This document shows, one piece after another, positions 26,201-39,154 of a stretch of 64,000 bases of DNA. The stretch's first letter is position 1, and every line of letters begins with the position of its first letter. The stretch is from contig NW_003314266.1 in assembly GCF_000143415.4 (NCBI RefSeq), positions 1,820,463 through 1,884,462 of the forward strand. The letters run 5' to 3'. The stretch comes from Selaginella moellendorffii (Eukaryota; Plantae; Lycopodiophyta). Below the pieces are notes generated by a model. It did not search any database. It saw nothing but the letters and a program-made list of their open reading frames with translations, and was not told where the DNA came from. Made by a program: the position numbers and the translations under genes.

Positions 26201-29200
26201 CATTTGTCTTTAAGTGGTCATTTTATGACCACTCTTTAGCATCTTTAAGATGCTTCAAAACATGGGAGAATGCTATTTATTATATATTTTATTTTATCCT
26301 TATCAAATCCCTTTCCATTCACAGTTGCCAATTTTATATTTTTAATTTCTAATAAAATTTAATGCTATTTTCAAAAACATTGTTATAAATTATATTTACA
26401 ATCTAAAAAAGGAATGCCTTCTTTTGAATAAGGATGTATGTGAAATGTTGTGCCCTAGAACCCACCTAGTATCACTTAGCTAGTGATTGAACACTCTAAT
26501 TAATATGGTTTAGTAGTGATTGAAATTAGTCTCTTTTAAAACTAATAGTCATCTTAATAGTTATCTAGTATAGCTTAACTAGTGATAATCTCTTTAATTT
26601 AGATTGATCACTTATTTCTGTCTTACTCAAACTAAAACAAAGGATATTTAATTTGAAATATCCTAAACAATTAGAGAAAAAAATTAGAAAATCCCTTTCT
26701 CTCTATTTTTTAATATAATGGGTTGTTTCTAAATTTGTGGTTATAATCCCATCATTCTTAAATTTCTTAAGAGTTCTACTCTATTTAGATGTTCCTCCTT
26801 ATTATAAGTAAAGTGGATTAAACGTTAATTTTAACATATGATGTGATGACAGTGTTGCTTTTTCACTTAAAGGTATTAAACTAGTAATAAACTATCAATT
26901 TAGTAAATTCATCATGAAAATACTTAGTAATAAAAAATTGATGCCATAAACTTAGATGGAATAATGGCTGTTTAGCTGTAGAAAAAATCTAGTCTCAAAG
27001 TAAAATTTTAAGAAATTAAAAAAAAGAAATAAGTAAATACAATAGCCAAGACTCTAATGGTTTATAGGATAACTACCTTTGACTAAACAAATAAATTGCT
27101 ACACTTTACATGCAGCAACACTTGGTTTGTTTAATATTAGTGTTATTCTTACTTATTAATCTAATTGATCAAATAAAGTTTATAATTATAAACATGTTGT
27201 AATTTATAAATATAGGATGAATCTTATTGCATATTTTCCATTAGATAATAAAATAAAAAATAATATACTAAACAGGGTTTAAATTAATTTATAAATTATA
27301 ATATTTATATATTATGAATACAAAATTAATTTAAATGAATAACAACTGTTAGATAGTAGAATATCTTAGAATATTTAAACATGTTTGAGGTATATCCATT
27401 ACCATCCTTTATAGGTTTGCTTGACTCAAGTACTTACATATTAAAATATTTTAAAGTTTATCAAAACCTTCATTTCATCAATTTAGGTTTGCTTTATAAG
27501 ACTTTTAGTTGACTGCATTAACTTGCATTGACTTCTATCTCAACTCAACTTTGGACCATCCTTAGTTAGAAATGAAGAATCAAGCATGAGCTCAAGGGTT
27601 TGCTTCTTACAAACATAATACTATAGAAAACTTAAAGCATGAAAGTGTTTATAGTAGACGAGATAGTGGTTAGGAAGCTTGTGAAAGTAAAGGTTTTAAC
27701 AAGCAAAAAGTCAAAATTCCCTCAATGTTCCAAAAGTGATTTTGAGTAAGTTAGTACTTAATAAGTTGCATATAAACGGTTCATAAAAACATGTTAAATT
27801 AGAGTAGCACAAAGAAGTATAGTCTTGAAGTTTGATATAAGGCAAGTTGGGGGGAATTATATGTTCAAAGAGATGCTTTGAACAAAAGTTGGTATCATTC
27901 AGATGAATTAATTTAAGGACTTATTTGCTTATGTGCTGAACTATAGTATACTAGTTAAGCAATTTGTCAAATGTGATTGGCAAGTCAAAGGAACAAGGTT
28001 CCTAATTGAAGTTATTGACTTTATAAGAGAAAGCTTGATATGCCAAGCATAGAGAGGTCTATGCATGTTATAGGCTAATTATTTTATTTGTCAAGTAAGA
28101 TAATTTAGAAGTTTAGAAGAATGAAGTTCTCAAGTTGTGACTTGTAATGTATGTACAAAAAAGAAACTGATTAGCATGGGTATAAGTTGGTGCACTAACT
28201 TAGGAGTCATGCTAGATATTCTCCAAGATATCATTGATAGATGTATATATAGAGGTTGGGTTAAAGTTAGTATTATAAGGGTATTAGGGCATGGTGAAGG
28301 TTTGGAATATGAGGATACTCACTTTTTGATGGTCAAAGACTTTTAGCAAGGAGGTTGGCTTGAGCACACTACTAACTAAAGGATGCCCTAGAGTTATAGT
28401 ACATAATTAATATTCTTGATATGATAGTTCAACATATCTAATTTAAATACTTAATGTATGTATCACTAGGGTGAATGGGATGAGGATTCTCTATCAGTGG
28501 TTACAAACCTTTGGCTGGAAGGGCTAGCTTAAGTGCATTGCTAAATGTAGGGGATGTCTTTAAGGTTATGGTCAACAACTCATGGTTAGATGAACCTAAT
28601 ACCCAAGTTAATGTATCTATGCAAAATCACCAGGTGGTTCTATAGTTGGTCAAGGACAAGTTTCTTACTGATGGTTCCTAATTCAAAATAGTTATTTAAA
28701 CAATTGATAATGGTGTGATTTGATCAAGGAAACTAAGTGAGAAAAAACTTTAAAATAAAATTGTTAATACAATACAATACTATTGTGAGTTCAAGAAAGT
28801 AGTCTTTAAAGAAGTATATAAGTGACTAAATTTTTCATTCTACTTTAATCACTTAACCACACCTTCCACCACTTGGAGGAGTCTCACTCATAACCTTTAT
28901 AAATTTTATTCTCAACTTAGAAACTTGCTAACCCCATAAATGGCTTCTATACCACTCTACTTTTGCATTTAATCTAAATGCTCCACATGTCCAAACCCAC
29001 TACAAACACCTAAAAGTATCATTAATATATCTGCCTATTACGCTAATGCTATCTCTATTCACCTTTGCCTCATTAGTAGTCCAAGACCATCCATGTTACA
29101 GTCTAATCTCCCAAAGACTAAACTATCCGTCCATGAGTGGTCATCTAATGACCACCCTTTAGCATTTTTAGGATGTTTAGAGACATGAGGAACACCCTTC

Positions 29201-31300
29201 TTTAATGTCCTTTCTTCAGTCCCCATCAAGTCCTTCTCCGTCCATGGCAGTGCTCACTAACACTACCACTGGGTTAGGGCTTGAAAGCCTGACAACAAAT
29301 GCAATTGACTTTTGGCACTTCCTCACTACATGATTTTATCTCTAGTCACTACACAAGAGGATTGTATTTTTTTTCCTTTTCACAATCCAAGGTTTTATCA
29401 GAACACCATGGCCTTACATGAGCCTCATAGGTACTCTCCCCACCTTCTGCCTTTGGGTGCTCAAGCCATATGGCTAGAGCAAGGTTTTGATGAGCCATGC
29501 CAAGTATCCAAGAACATCATAGACAAAAGATTAGTTCGAGTGGTGAAATTAAAGCTTTCATAAATGCTTAATTTACCAAGTTACTTTACTTGTCTGTCCA
29601 TATTCACTTTAGCCTAGTGGTTATGTCATCACCCACCATATGGGTGTTGCGGTTACACTAACCTTTCTTGGCCAAACTAATTCCACTAGAGTCTAACCTT
29701 TACTTTCGGGTTTAGAGATTTGTGCCTCACAAAATATTTATGAAAGGGTTAGGAGATTATGCTGTGTTAGTAAGACTTATTAAGGGGTGAGTGCCCCATA
29801 AAGTAAAGTCTTTATTATAGAATAGAAAAATACCCTAAGTACAGAGGTGGTAATTCTAAAGATTCTAGTATATATTATAGAGTATAAGTTATATTTCAAG
29901 TAGATGCAACTAGTTTTGAAAGATAATGTAAAAATGCTAAAGTATAAGATTTTAAATTTGGATTTTCCAAAATTTTATTTAGCCCAGTACTACTCAAACT
30001 AAAGGATGTTTAACCCCAAATATCCCAAGACTATTAATTAATTGAAAAAAAAGTGCATTTTTATTCATAAACCCTTTTCCTTTATAGTTGAACCCATTAG
30101 ATAATTTCTTAAGTGATTCTTTTTGGTTGCTTACACAAAAATGATAGAGTTGGATATGGATAAATCTAAAGCAGAAAGCTCTTTACAAAATTTTATTATA
30201 TGGTGTGTGAAATTTAGTGCCTAAGTTGGCATAGAATAAAGGAGAGGATAATTATGTCCTCAAGGAAGAAACAGTCAAGGAGAGGATGGGATTGCACGTG
30301 ATAATAATATGCATGCTAATGTGTCAAATACACCTAGGAAATTAGTATGAGGTAATCTGTAGAGTATGGGGTAATCCTTAAACCAAATATGAAGTTGGTA
30401 TGATATTGAAATCACCTATCAAAATTTAGTAAGTACAATAGATCAAAATGAGCACTTTTAGAGGGTTTGAATGAGACTCTTTCAACTAGTTAAAGGTGTA
30501 GTTAAATAATTAAAATAGAATAGAAAATTTAGTCGCTTACAAAGAACACCATTACAATGTTCATGACACTTTTTAATTTCTATATATATGTTGAATTAAC
30601 TTTAGATAAATATATTTATGGAACTTTATGATAATAAATATAAAGCCATTTAAAAATAAAAATAAATTTAAATAGCTTCTATATAAAAATAAGTATAAGG
30701 TTATTATACATTTATACATAAGTGTGAATACAGAAAATATAGTAATTATTTATATAGTGATATATATTTTTTAATACAAAGCTTCCAACATTAGTAAGTG
30801 TATTAATTTATCATCACTAAAATACATAATCTGTGCACATAATCATTTTCTCGTTTACATACTCTATATTTTTAAATGCATATATGATAATTAAAGTTTT
30901 AATTAGTATGAGTGGAGATTCATAAAGAATCAAATAAATACTAATTTTCTTACAAATATCATAATATGATTCATAAAGAATCAAATAAATACTAATTTTC
31001 TTACAAATATCATAATATGATTCATAACAATAATACTTGAATAGCAAGTCAGCATAATAATTCAAATTATTTCTATAATCTGATAATATTTTTATTTTTC
31101 TTTAATTTTAAAATTTTTAAATAGCTATATATTTTATTTAGTTATTAGCATGAAGACAAGTTTCCAGCTCGATAAAACTATTTTAATTTATCATTAAAAT
31201 ATTTTATAATAAAAATAAAAATTCTACTTTGTTTTTTCTTATTTATTTTAAATACTAGACTCTTATTATGTTTTTTGTGAGTAAAAATATTAAAATAAAT
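23300..31300. mobile_element. AT-rich block of heavily decayed transposon remnants
   Basis: No long ORFs and CpG-poor. Dispersed diverged repeats: ~25915-26270 vs ~28820-29190, with an inverted copy at ~30450-30540; ~23830-23900 vs ~30010-30080. Confidence 0.55.
30917..31025. repeat. 51-bp tandem duplication
   Basis: gattcataaagaatcaaataaatactaattttcttacaaatatcataatat x2. Confidence 0.9.
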
Positions 31301-31439
31301 ATATTAAAAATATTATATAACGTTTAAATATATAAAAAGCTCATAGAGTAGTGTATATATTGTATAATGTGTATTCAACTATTTAGGAATATAAAAAGGC
31401 TGTCAACATCTTTTAAAATTTATAATAGTTACATATGAA

Positions 31440-32309
31440 ATGATGAATTTAATCAAATTGAATTTATGTATTTTATTATTTTGCATACTTATAACAAGAT
31501 CAGTATCCCCTTTATATAGACCCAAATTTGGAAAGCTTAATTTCTTAAGTCCAAATGATATTGCAAAAATACTAGGTGCATTTACTAATTTAATTAGCAA
31601 AATAAGTAGAGATAATTCATATGCAGCTAATTATGGGGATNNNNNNNNNNNNNNNNNNNNNNNNNNNNNNNNNNNNNNNNNNNNNNNNNNNNNNNNNNNN
31701 NNNNNNNNNNNNNNNNNNNNNNNNNNNNNNNNNNNNNNNNNNNNNNNNNNNNNNNNNNNNNNNNNNNNNNNNNNNNNNNNNNNNNNNNNNNNNNNNNNNN
31801 NNNNNNNNNNNNNNNNNNNNNNNNNNNNNNNNNNNNNNNNNNNNNNNNNNNNNNNNNNNNNNNNNNNNNNNNNNNNNNNNNNNNNNNNNNNNNNNNNNNN
31901 NNNNNNNNNNNNNNNNNNNNNNNNNNNNNNNNNNNNNNNNNNNNNNNNNNNNNNNNNNNNNNNNNNNNNNNNNNNNNNNNNNNNNNNNNNNNNNNNNNNN
32001 NNNNNNNTAGAATCTAACTGTAAGATAGTTCTATATTCATTATTAGAAAAAATTTGGGAAGTTAAAACATCTATAAAGGATGCTATAAATTGTAAACTTA
32101 TGTTACAAAATGATGGAAATTTAGTTTTTTATTTTAAAAAGGTAGTAGTATGGGCTAGTAATAAATATTGTTTACATCAACCATTATGTATGTTATCTGT
32201 ACTTTTAACAGTTCAAAATGATTGTAACTTAGTAATTTATTTAACTCAATTTCCTAATAATGTTTTATGGACATCAAATACATTTAACCATCCTTCATGT
32301 ACAAAATAA
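31440..32309 (+). CDS. Putative secreted bulb-type (GNA-like) mannose-binding lectin, interrupted by an assembly gap
   Basis: Two QxDxNxVxY motifs (QNDGNLVFY, QNDCNLVIY) followed by WASN/WTSNT after the gap. Hydrophobic signal-like N-terminus before the gap; linkage across the gap is unproven. Confidence 0.65.
   Translation: MMNLIKLNLCILLFCILITRSVSPLYRPKFGKLNFLSPNDIAKILGAFTNLISKISRDNSYAANYGDXXXXXXXXXXXXXXXXXXXXXXXXXXXXXXXXXXXXXXXXXXXXXXXXXXXXXXXXXXXXXXXXXXXXXXXXXXXXXXXXXXXXXXXXXXXXXXXXXXXXXXXXXXXXXXXXXXXXXXXXXXXESNCKIVLYSLLEKIWEVKTSIKDAINCKLMLQNDGNLVFYFKKVVVWASNKYCLHQPLCMLSVLLTVQNDCNLVIYLTQFPNNVLWTSNTFNHPSCTK
31641..32007. other. Assembly gap (367 N)
   Basis: Run of N. Confidence 1.
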
Positions 32310-32907
32310 GATTAAGGTAAATTATTTCATTTTATTTTTGAATACAATTTGAGTGTTAATTATTATTTTAGCAAAGTAGAAGAGCTAAAGTCTAAGCTTA
32401 AAGTTGTTGATGCAAAAGTAAAAGAGCTGTTTTTCCTTCTAGAAGAAAAAGGAATATATCTATTGGAGTCACTATGGCTACTTTCTAATCACTTGGATCT
32501 CAAAACTTTTATGTCATCAATTCAAGTATTATATTACTTAATAAAGTCAATGCATGTTGTTGTGGGATGTAAACCAGCACCATAGCTATCACCATCTTAG
32601 GTCTACAGAGTCGAACTATAATGAAATCCATGCCTAGTGGTGGCACTCAATTGCTCCCATGGAAGAAAATGCATGCATTTCTTTCAGTAAAACTGTAATA
32701 AAGACTTTAGTTATATTGATAAGTTTTGAAGCACAGGGACAAAGTTTTTAAAAGAATAAATAAGTGCACACACATTTCATGCAGATCAATTTGGCTAGTA
32801 AATCTGATGGGCATTCTTTTAGGTTGTAATCATGCTAATCAGCCCTAGTAAGTCAACAATGGAGATGGATAGGTTTCTTACATTTCAACCTGATCTAGAT
32901 GACAGCA

Positions 32908-32959
32908 TTTTGTCAACCCCTTCCATATCAAAGCTATGATATGGAAGGGGTTGACAAAA
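32908..32959. repeat. Perfect 23-bp inverted repeat with 6-nt loop
   Basis: ttttgtcaaccccttccatatca-aagcta-tgatatggaaggggttgacaaaa. Confidence 0.95.
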
Positions 32960-33583
32960 GTGTTGTTAAAGCTCTAGATCCTTGAGGCTAAGTAGAGCAT
33001 TTATAACTTACCCATGTTGATTCTCTTTTTGGTTTTTGGAAATGTTTACAAGATGCTTATCAAGGCTGAATGCATCTCAAGGAAATGGATCCTGGCTCCA
33101 ACGAGCCTTTCACACAGAGAAGATCAAGGAAATCAAAAGTCATTCAAAATGTAAGCTTCAATTTTCTTTTGAGTTTAGAATGAGTCAATATATGAAGTTT
33201 TAGATATATGAGTAATTTTCTCATAATATTAGTTCAGTGGGATTAGGCATTATATCACTTGTTCACAACTTGTAGAAGCTCTAGATCGTTGAGGCTATCC
33301 ACAACACTGGGCTACGGAGAAAATATTTAGATAGTTTTCAGAATGTATATCTTATTTTTGTTGAGTTAGGATGAATGATCAATGTCTGGAATTATCGAAA
33401 TTGCATAAAGTAATTTTCCCAATATGATTCATAAATATTGTAAAAGATTATATTCTGCTCAATCCATGTTTATTGACACAGATTAATACTCCCAAGATAA
33501 TGCCTCCAAGATGAAAGTTTGTGCTTGACTGACCACAATGCACGTTCATTAAAGAAGTTAGGTCTGTAATTACATCTAAGATA

Positions 33584-34463
33584 TCATTCATGTTTTCCCT
33601 CCAGTGCTGTGAAAATGTCCGTCCTGGTGACCATGCCTGCACAATAGACAACGACGGTAAGAAGTTTCAAGCTAAACTACTACTCACCAATAACTGCGTT
33701 GGAATCGTTTACTATAGGGATCCTATGGATCTTCTTCTTAAGCATGATAACAGCAGCATCTTAGAAAAAAAAAGAAAAAGAACTTCAATAAAAGAAAAAA
33801 AAATTCAATGAAGCTTTTGATTCACCTGAAACAGTTTTGTCGGCAGATAATGTGATTGCTGGTGAGCTCATCACCTCAGAGACTGGCGATTTCAGCTGAA
33901 AAGATTCACACATTTCTTAGATGAGACTGTTTGAGAGTTTTTGTATTACCCCGTTGGTGGCCTTGTCTCGGTCCTTTCTAGACACCACTCCAATACACTT
34001 GCGCTCCTCGTCCAGCACAGGAACTCCAGAAACCTCGTCAAAGCAGTGCTCGATCGCCTCGAGAAGATCGTCCTGCGCCGCCGAGAAGCGAAGCCCGGAC
34101 ATCACATCCGCGAGGAGGGTTGATGGTTGAGCCTGAGACAAGATCAAACTCCATCAACTCCAAAGCTCCAACAAAGCTCTCTGCAAATTATACCTCGGCC
34201 TTGAAGAGCGTGGGCGCGAAGTGGAGCGAGAGATCCTCAAAGTTGAGCATGGAGAAATTCTCGGGCCACTCACCCGACGGCAGAATCTCGACATAGTCTG
34301 CTCCCACCTTCTCGGTCTTGACAGCTCGAATCCCCCCTCCCCGGACCTTGGAAACTCGCGAAGATCTAGCCGCTACAACCGGGACGCCCAAGAAAGCCGA
34401 GCTCCCACGCGCTGGATCCCTCAGCAGCAAGCCACTCCCGCAAATCCCCCTCAAAACTGCCAT
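33584..34463 (-). CDS. CBS-domain protein, probably plastid-targeted, 5 exons
   Basis: Transit-peptide-like N-terminus; CBS pair (VSGVPVLDEERKCIGVVSRKD; KKIHRIPIVN...GMVTRTDI). Confidence 0.85.
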
Positions 34464-34780
34464 GCGATCTAGCTTGCTTCTTAGAAAAAATTAGTGTTTG
34501 TTGCCCCTTCCTGGCATGGATAGTCGCTTCCCACCGAATGCCCGCGTGCCATGTGGACCCGCCAAGCGATTTTTCTTTGACTCGACCCCACAAACCAAGG
34601 ATAAGAAGAGCGTACAGTGTCATTTTCTTGTCGTGTGGAGGCCAAGTGTCGTGTTAAAAGAAACTATGTCTAGTATTAAAAGAATCTATTTGGCCGCAAA
34701 CCATGGAACTCCTAAGCATCGAATTTCTATTCTCTATTTGATCGTCCTGTTATTATGCACACAAGCCACATAGTTTTTTT

Positions 34781-36461
34781 CTAGCGCTTGGGTTCGATCC
34801 CGTGAGAGGCCGCCTTGGCGGCGGTCTTGAGCACAGACGTTGGCTTCATCACGCTCTTGGGATTGATGGCGTTGCGCAGCTTGGAAATGGTCCATGCCGT
34901 GGAGACTAAATGGCCGGCGGTGGCCAGGCCTTCGTGCGCAAACTCGCCAGCCTTGTCTCCAAATCTGCGAGGAAGATGTTCGTCATTTCAGGCCCAACTT
35001 GAAAATGCATCCTTATCTCACGAAGAGAGGAAACATACCTGTGAGAGATTGCGCCGGTTGTCACCACAGAGCTTGTGTTAAGAACGTTTGTTCCAGCGAC
35101 CTCAACAGCGTCGAAAATTTTTCCTGCGAAGTAGAAGGAACATCCAGTTAGACGAGTACATCAGTGTCAACTAAGCACGTACCGAAACCGTCCAAAGACG
35201 CGAGAGCAATCTCGCCGGGTAACATCTTGAAGAATTTCTTCCCGGCCCTCGAGTTTACAATCGAGGTTGTAAAGAATCCAGTCACTGACACGACACCCGT
35301 GAGGACTCCCTTCGCTACTTTCTCCGACATCTTAGTCACCCTCTTGGCTCTGATGGATCATCAAAGAAACGTTAGCTTTTCTAAAGAACAAGACCTTGGA
35401 AAAAAAAAACACGAGACGTACCTGCGAATGTTCCTCATTGTCCGCGGGCTCACCTCAGATGGCTTGCCGCAGGCTCCTGAAACACGCCTTACAAGCCGTC
35501 CAGTCCTCTCCAAATTCGTGACTGTCGTCTCACTGCACCAGAAAATCCCCCTGATTATGTGCCCGGTTCCGCTGGCAATCGCTCGAGCCAGGCTGCTGTT
35601 ATAGTCGTCTACGTTGGGAGCAATGGTCGTCCAGTAAGCTGTAGAAACCTCCTCGGATGGCTTCTTCTCGGTGATGGCGTCCGTTGGAACCGGCTTGCCA
35701 GGGAGGTCCGAGCTCACCACCTCTCGCGAAGACGCCTCAGGTACCTTGCCTCCATCCACCTTCTTTACATCTTCCTCCGAGCCCTGGAGCATGGTTGGTG
35801 CGGAGAAATAGCTGTACTGTTCCAAGATCTTGTCAAGCTCTCCGAGAAGCTCCTTGTTGCCGTCAACTTGGAACGTAACTCCATAGTTGAGAGTCTCAGT
35901 TGCCTTCGAATCCTTGGGCGGCTTCTCGTCGTCGTCGGCGTCCACACGCAGCGAGAATACGTAGTGCGATGGATCGAGCTTTGTAGCAGGCAAGTCGTTC
36001 ACAACGGGCCACTGGAGTTCATCACCGACTCTGGCGAACAGCGCCACGTCTGTACCGTTTTGCAGCAGCTTCACCAGGACGAACTCGCCAGATGCCAGAA
36101 TAACACTTTCCTGCTCGTCGATGAGATGCGCCAGACACCCCGGGATCTTTACCAGCACTTCCTCAGATGCTTCCACCACAGGAGGCTCTTTCGCATCACT
36201 AGTCTCTGCACCCTTGGAAGGAGGAGGGTGATATATATCTGGATAGAGCTTCGAAGTCGCTCCAGCAACTTTGTCCAAATTCTCGTCACGCGTTGGAGAC
36301 CTCACCTTCAGACCCGTTGTCGGATCATACTGAGCGACCTCGTCTTTTGCTGATGACGGGATACCGTTCACTTCTCTCGTAACACCCTCCGGTGGTGCCG
36401 GAGAAGGCAGACTGTTAGAGCGCTCGAAAGCGGCGGTGCTATCACTCTTCTGACCTCCCAT
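34781..36461 (-). CDS. Senescence/spartin-associated domain protein (ERD7-like)
   Basis: EEVLVKIPGCLAHLID, AYWTTIAPNVDDYNSSLARAIASGTGHIIRGI and GKKFFKMLPGEIALASLDGF; GT-AG introns. Confidence 0.88.
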
Positions 36462-37144
36462 CCATTTATCCGATCCAATAATGAACGACGAACGCCCTTT
36501 GAACCACTGCATTCTTGTGTACCTAGCTGGAATTCTCACCTCAACAGTAGCAGCTCCCGAAAGCTCTAGTCCTGGAACACAAGAACGACTTGTTAGAACC
36601 CTTTCGAGAAACGACTCCAGAGAACCCATTCGCCCATCACAGCAAGGACACGGATTCTCAAACCCACCAGCAAGAAATAGGAATCCACAGGGATCATGAG
36701 AGACATACCTGAATTTTTCACCTCCCGCGAAGAAAGCCCGGTAACAGACCAAATTGCTCCAACTGCGCCCCGCTTTATACTCAACCTTTCGTGGCAAACT
36801 CACAGTCGTCCAGCTGGGAATCCCATCGGACGCGATGGACACCGCGTCATAGCCGTGTGGCAGTTTGCTGTAGTGCCACGTTTATAATACGGATACTTAA
36901 TGAAAATTCCCATAGTTTTCTTTGGCGCTGGAGATAAGCAAAAATTTGTTAAAACCTTTAGCGTAACTCTTACCGGCACTATCAACAAAAATGGAGGGAC
37001 ATTTGGAGATCCCTGCACTACTTACAACCTCATTTACTTGTATCTCAGTCAAGTCTAGCTATTGGGACGATCGATCACCTACATTGAGAAAATGAGAAAC
37101 GATTGAAGAGCTTTGGAAAGTGATTTTACCTTCAGTGACGCTCG

Positions 37145-38811
37145 TTACGATATTTTGGTGATTCTAAGCTTTGCCTTGAGATCCGCCACCTCTTGTTCTT
37201 GTTGCTGCGCATTGTTTTTCACATGAATATCCGCGAAAAAACAAAAATCTACTACGGGCGTTACCTTCCTCAGTGTTTGTATCTGCAACTTGTGCTCTTC
37301 ATCCATGAGGCGCCACTCGAGTGCCATCTCGTATTCGATGGTGTTCGGCTGGGAACAGTGTGCTGTGGAGACTGCCTCTTTCTGCAAAACGCGATTAAGT
37401 GCCTGGTTCACTTGAGTTAAAAGAAGGCTTACAAATTTTTCCGTCTGCACCCGCCAGTACTTCTCAACAGGAAGATGTCCAGGAAACTTTTTTGCTCTTG
37501 GTCGTTCCACCGCAGTTGCAATACAAGGCCTGCATAAACAACACAAAGTAGATTCAAAGCGTGAAAGCAAGAAAGAGAACAATATACCCCTCCTCTTCTG
37601 ATAAGATCACACAATTTTCCTGGATAGTCTTCAAAACACGGTTGCCTTTGTCGGCATCTCGGAAGGCTAGCACCGCTTCTCCTGGTCGAATCACCGGTTG
37701 CAGCAGTAGTAGTAAGCTATATGCGGATCGCTTACCTCTTTTTGATTCGAACTTGCAACACTTTGGCGGAACAACAGCGACTTCTACATCCGCTCGAATG
37801 TCTTTGAAAAGGAACACCAAGGCTTCCTGCATAGAACTTCAGCAAGAAGACATCCGTGATTCCTGAGAGTACCTTCAGCTCTTCAGAGGTGTAGCCAGTG
37901 CCAAATCCCATCAGCATGATGACCTTGCCTTTGTCGAATGCTTCGTCCAGCTTATCGTTCCATCCCAGCTTCTTAAACGCGTTCTTGAGCGCCGGACGCT
38001 TCTCCTTCTCTGGTCGTGTTTCCTGCGTTGAAACCGGCACAGGCTTCTGCTGCAAGGTAAATGAGAAAGCAAAACTTGAAAATCACCTGTGGAGCGGCTT
38101 CGTTGGTCACAACCAGTTTTTTCTTGACTGGACGTTCCAGACGATCATCCGCCGGCCTCCGTGGGCATTTCTTCACAGCTGCATTGTAAGAAACACCGTT
38201 CAACACAAAGCAACTTTAAACTATAAACAGCATACATAAACTCTTTGTCTATCCGACTCACCTCCAATTCGCTCTAGCGCTTCTCTGAGATTGCAATGAA
38301 CTTCTCCGAGAAGGAAATCGTAGCACCTCGAGACGTAGTAGCGAGCTCCACTAATTTCCTCCTTCGTGGGCGCCCAGTTCGCAACTCCTTCTGGGCAGTA
38401 CAAGACTTTAACCGCACACTTTTCCTCCACGACATTCTGGGTGGCAGGACAAGAATCGTGAACGGCGAAGCAAAAAACTAATGTTTTCATACATACCAGA
38501 TCGTTGGAGTCCTCGGCGCCATTCCCACTGCCGAGCGCCAGGAAGAGCTCCTGGTCGCCGGCATCCACCTCAATGTCGAGATCTTCGCGCCGATAGAGCC
38601 ACCGAACGACCACATTCCCCTTCTTCGTGATGCGATTCTCCCACAGCCGCACGACGAGGCCCACAAACGGGAGCTCCGGGTCACGGGACCTGAGATGGAT
38701 GAAATCGTAGAGGCAAATCTCCTGCCTGTCCAGAAGAACGGACTCGTACTCCCGCTCGAGCTCCCCGGAATCCTCCCTCTTGCTCTTGCTCTTCCCCCAT
38801 ACAATCTGCAT
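37145..38811 (-). CDS. ASI1: ANTI-SILENCING 1 (ASI1/IBM2/SG1)-like BAH + RRM-like protein
   Basis: BAH domain (LYDFIHL...VGLVVRLWE...VRWLYR...ELFLALGSGNG), RRM-like YTSEELK...GEAVLAF, and the C-terminal AVSTAHCSQPNTIEYEMALEW typical of ASI1. Confidence 0.82.
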
Positions 38812-39154
38812 CGAGGGCCGCGATCGAGGGAAGCGGTTCGGCCGATCAGGGCAAAGATCGCGACCGCGCAGCCATTGCCGAGAGGAGGCAAGAAAGAAAC
38901 GAGAAAGAAAGAAAGCTCGGCGCTTGCGTGATCGTAAAGCTCACCGATCGGGCGCCGCGATCAGCCGACGAGTCGCGGCAATGCAGGAAAGGAATCGCCC
39001 GGGCGACGCGATCGCCGACCTAGGCGTGGCGGCAACGAAATAAGGACGATCAGGGCAAAGAATCGCGAGCTTGGGAGGAGAAAAGAGTGAGTCACATTTG
39101 TTTGCCGCGATGCTTAAAGGCGGTCGCCCTAGGGAGAACTCACATTAAGATAAG

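Noticed and set aside
35559-36353. 264-aa plus-strand ORF
   Set aside because: Antisense shadow of the ERD7-like exon.
36462-36842. N-terminal extension of the 493-aa ORF
   Set aside because: Contains intron-like and UTR-like sequence; the ERD7-like protein more plausibly starts at MGGQK (36461).
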